Positions 62,949-64,000 of a stretch of 64,000 nt of DNA are shown here, piece by piece. The DNA comes from Octopus vulgaris. Taxonomy: Eukaryota. The DNA is taken from the NCBI GenBank assembly GCA_951406725.2, contig OX597822.1, positions 114,142,001-114,206,000 of the forward strand, in the 5' to 3' direction. Both the position numbers and the translations under genes were made by a program. The notes below the pieces were generated by a model. It did no database searches and was not told the DNA's origin. It worked only from the letters and a program-made list of their open reading frames with translations. Positions within the stretch are counted from its first letter, which is position 1, and every line of letters begins with the position of its first letter.

Positions 62949-64000
62949 GGGCATAGGAACGTTATTCCCAGAGACAGGAAAATACTTATGAGGCGAAGAG
63001 CTAAGCTCTCGAAGCAACTGAATGCACGGCAGAGAAACAATGAGGGACTCCACCTGAAACTTTTTGAAACGGAAACTGCACTCAAACTTTCCTATGAGAA
63101 GTTAGAGGGCAGAGAGAGAAGCCAGGGCCATAGAGAATATTAAAACAAACCCTAAAGCCTTCTTTAAATTTGCGAAAGAAACCACCTCGGTACACTGCAA
63201 GATTGGCCCACTCTTTGATAAAAAGGGCTCTCTAACTGAGGACCCCCAAGGGATAAGTGAAATACTAAAGGAACAGTATAAAAGTGTGTTCACATCCCCT
63301 CTGGGGCACATGCAAATCACAAACCCAGAAGTTTTCTTTGATGCCACAACACTCCAAAACCAAACAACAACCATCGACCACATAGACATAACAGAGAGGG
63401 ATGTAATATCTGCCATAGAAGAAATGAGAATAAACTCAGCTGCTGGACCAGATGGATTCCCAGCAGTCCTCCTAAAAGCATGCAGGCATGCCCTAGCGGG
63501 ACCACTCAAGAAGCTCTTCAGTGGTTCCTTGGCTAACGGTAAACTGCCCAGGGCGCTAAAAGAAGGCACCATATGCCCTATCCACAAAGGAGGGAGTAGA
63601 GCAGAGGCCAAAAACTACAGGCCAGTCTCCCTGACGTCACACATAAGTAAGGTCATGGAACGAATCATCAGAAAAAAACTGATCACGTTCCTCGAAGAAA
63701 CTAACCGTCTCACTGACACACAACATGGCTTTCGCCCAAGAAGAAGCTGCCTTACGCAGCTGTTACAACACTACGACTGGGTACTGAAACAACTACTGGA
63801 TCGCTCACAGGTGGATGTGGTATATCTCGACTTTGCGAAGGCCTTTGACAAAGTCGACCACGGAGTGATATGTCACAAATTACTCAGACTCGGCATAACA
63901 GGAAAAGTAGGTGAGTGGATACATGACTTCCTGAAGGACAGAAGCCAGATGGTTGCAGCCAATGGAGCCCTCTCGGGAAAGACACCAATAGCAAGCGGGG
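62949..64000 (+). mobile_element. CR1-like LINE family C (diverged relative of B), runs off the window
   Basis: IENIKTNPKAFFKFAKETTSVHCKIGPL, AGPDGFPAVLLKAC, NYRPVSLTSH, QHGFRP, YLDFAKAFD; starts directly after (TA)n. Confidence 0.9.

Overview
Repeat-rich, AT-rich eukaryotic genomic DNA, most likely from an octopus/coleoid cephalopod (inferred from the SINE families and microsatellite content). The window holds the 5' part of one + strand spliced gene for an extracellular leucine-rich-repeat (LRR) protein. It has a signal peptide/LRRNT exon (132-313), seven symmetric 72-nt phase-2 exons each encoding exactly one 24-aa LRR, and an LRRCT exon (44349-44518); the gene probably continues past the window. 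The LRR exons sit in tandemly duplicated intron-exon cassettes. In one duplicated pair the introns and a pseudo-exon are near-identical, while the intact exons differ at 27 of 72 nt, with the divergence bounded by the splice sites. This is the most striking signal: a candidate hypervariable LRR receptor diversifying exon by exon. The introns carry a gag-only ORF, Tc1/mariner relics (one DD37D), Penelope-like elements and fragments with several hammerhead-ribozyme motifs, and tRNA-derived SINEs. From 45.6 kb on there is a dense cluster of young CR1-like LINEs, all inserted in (TA)n.
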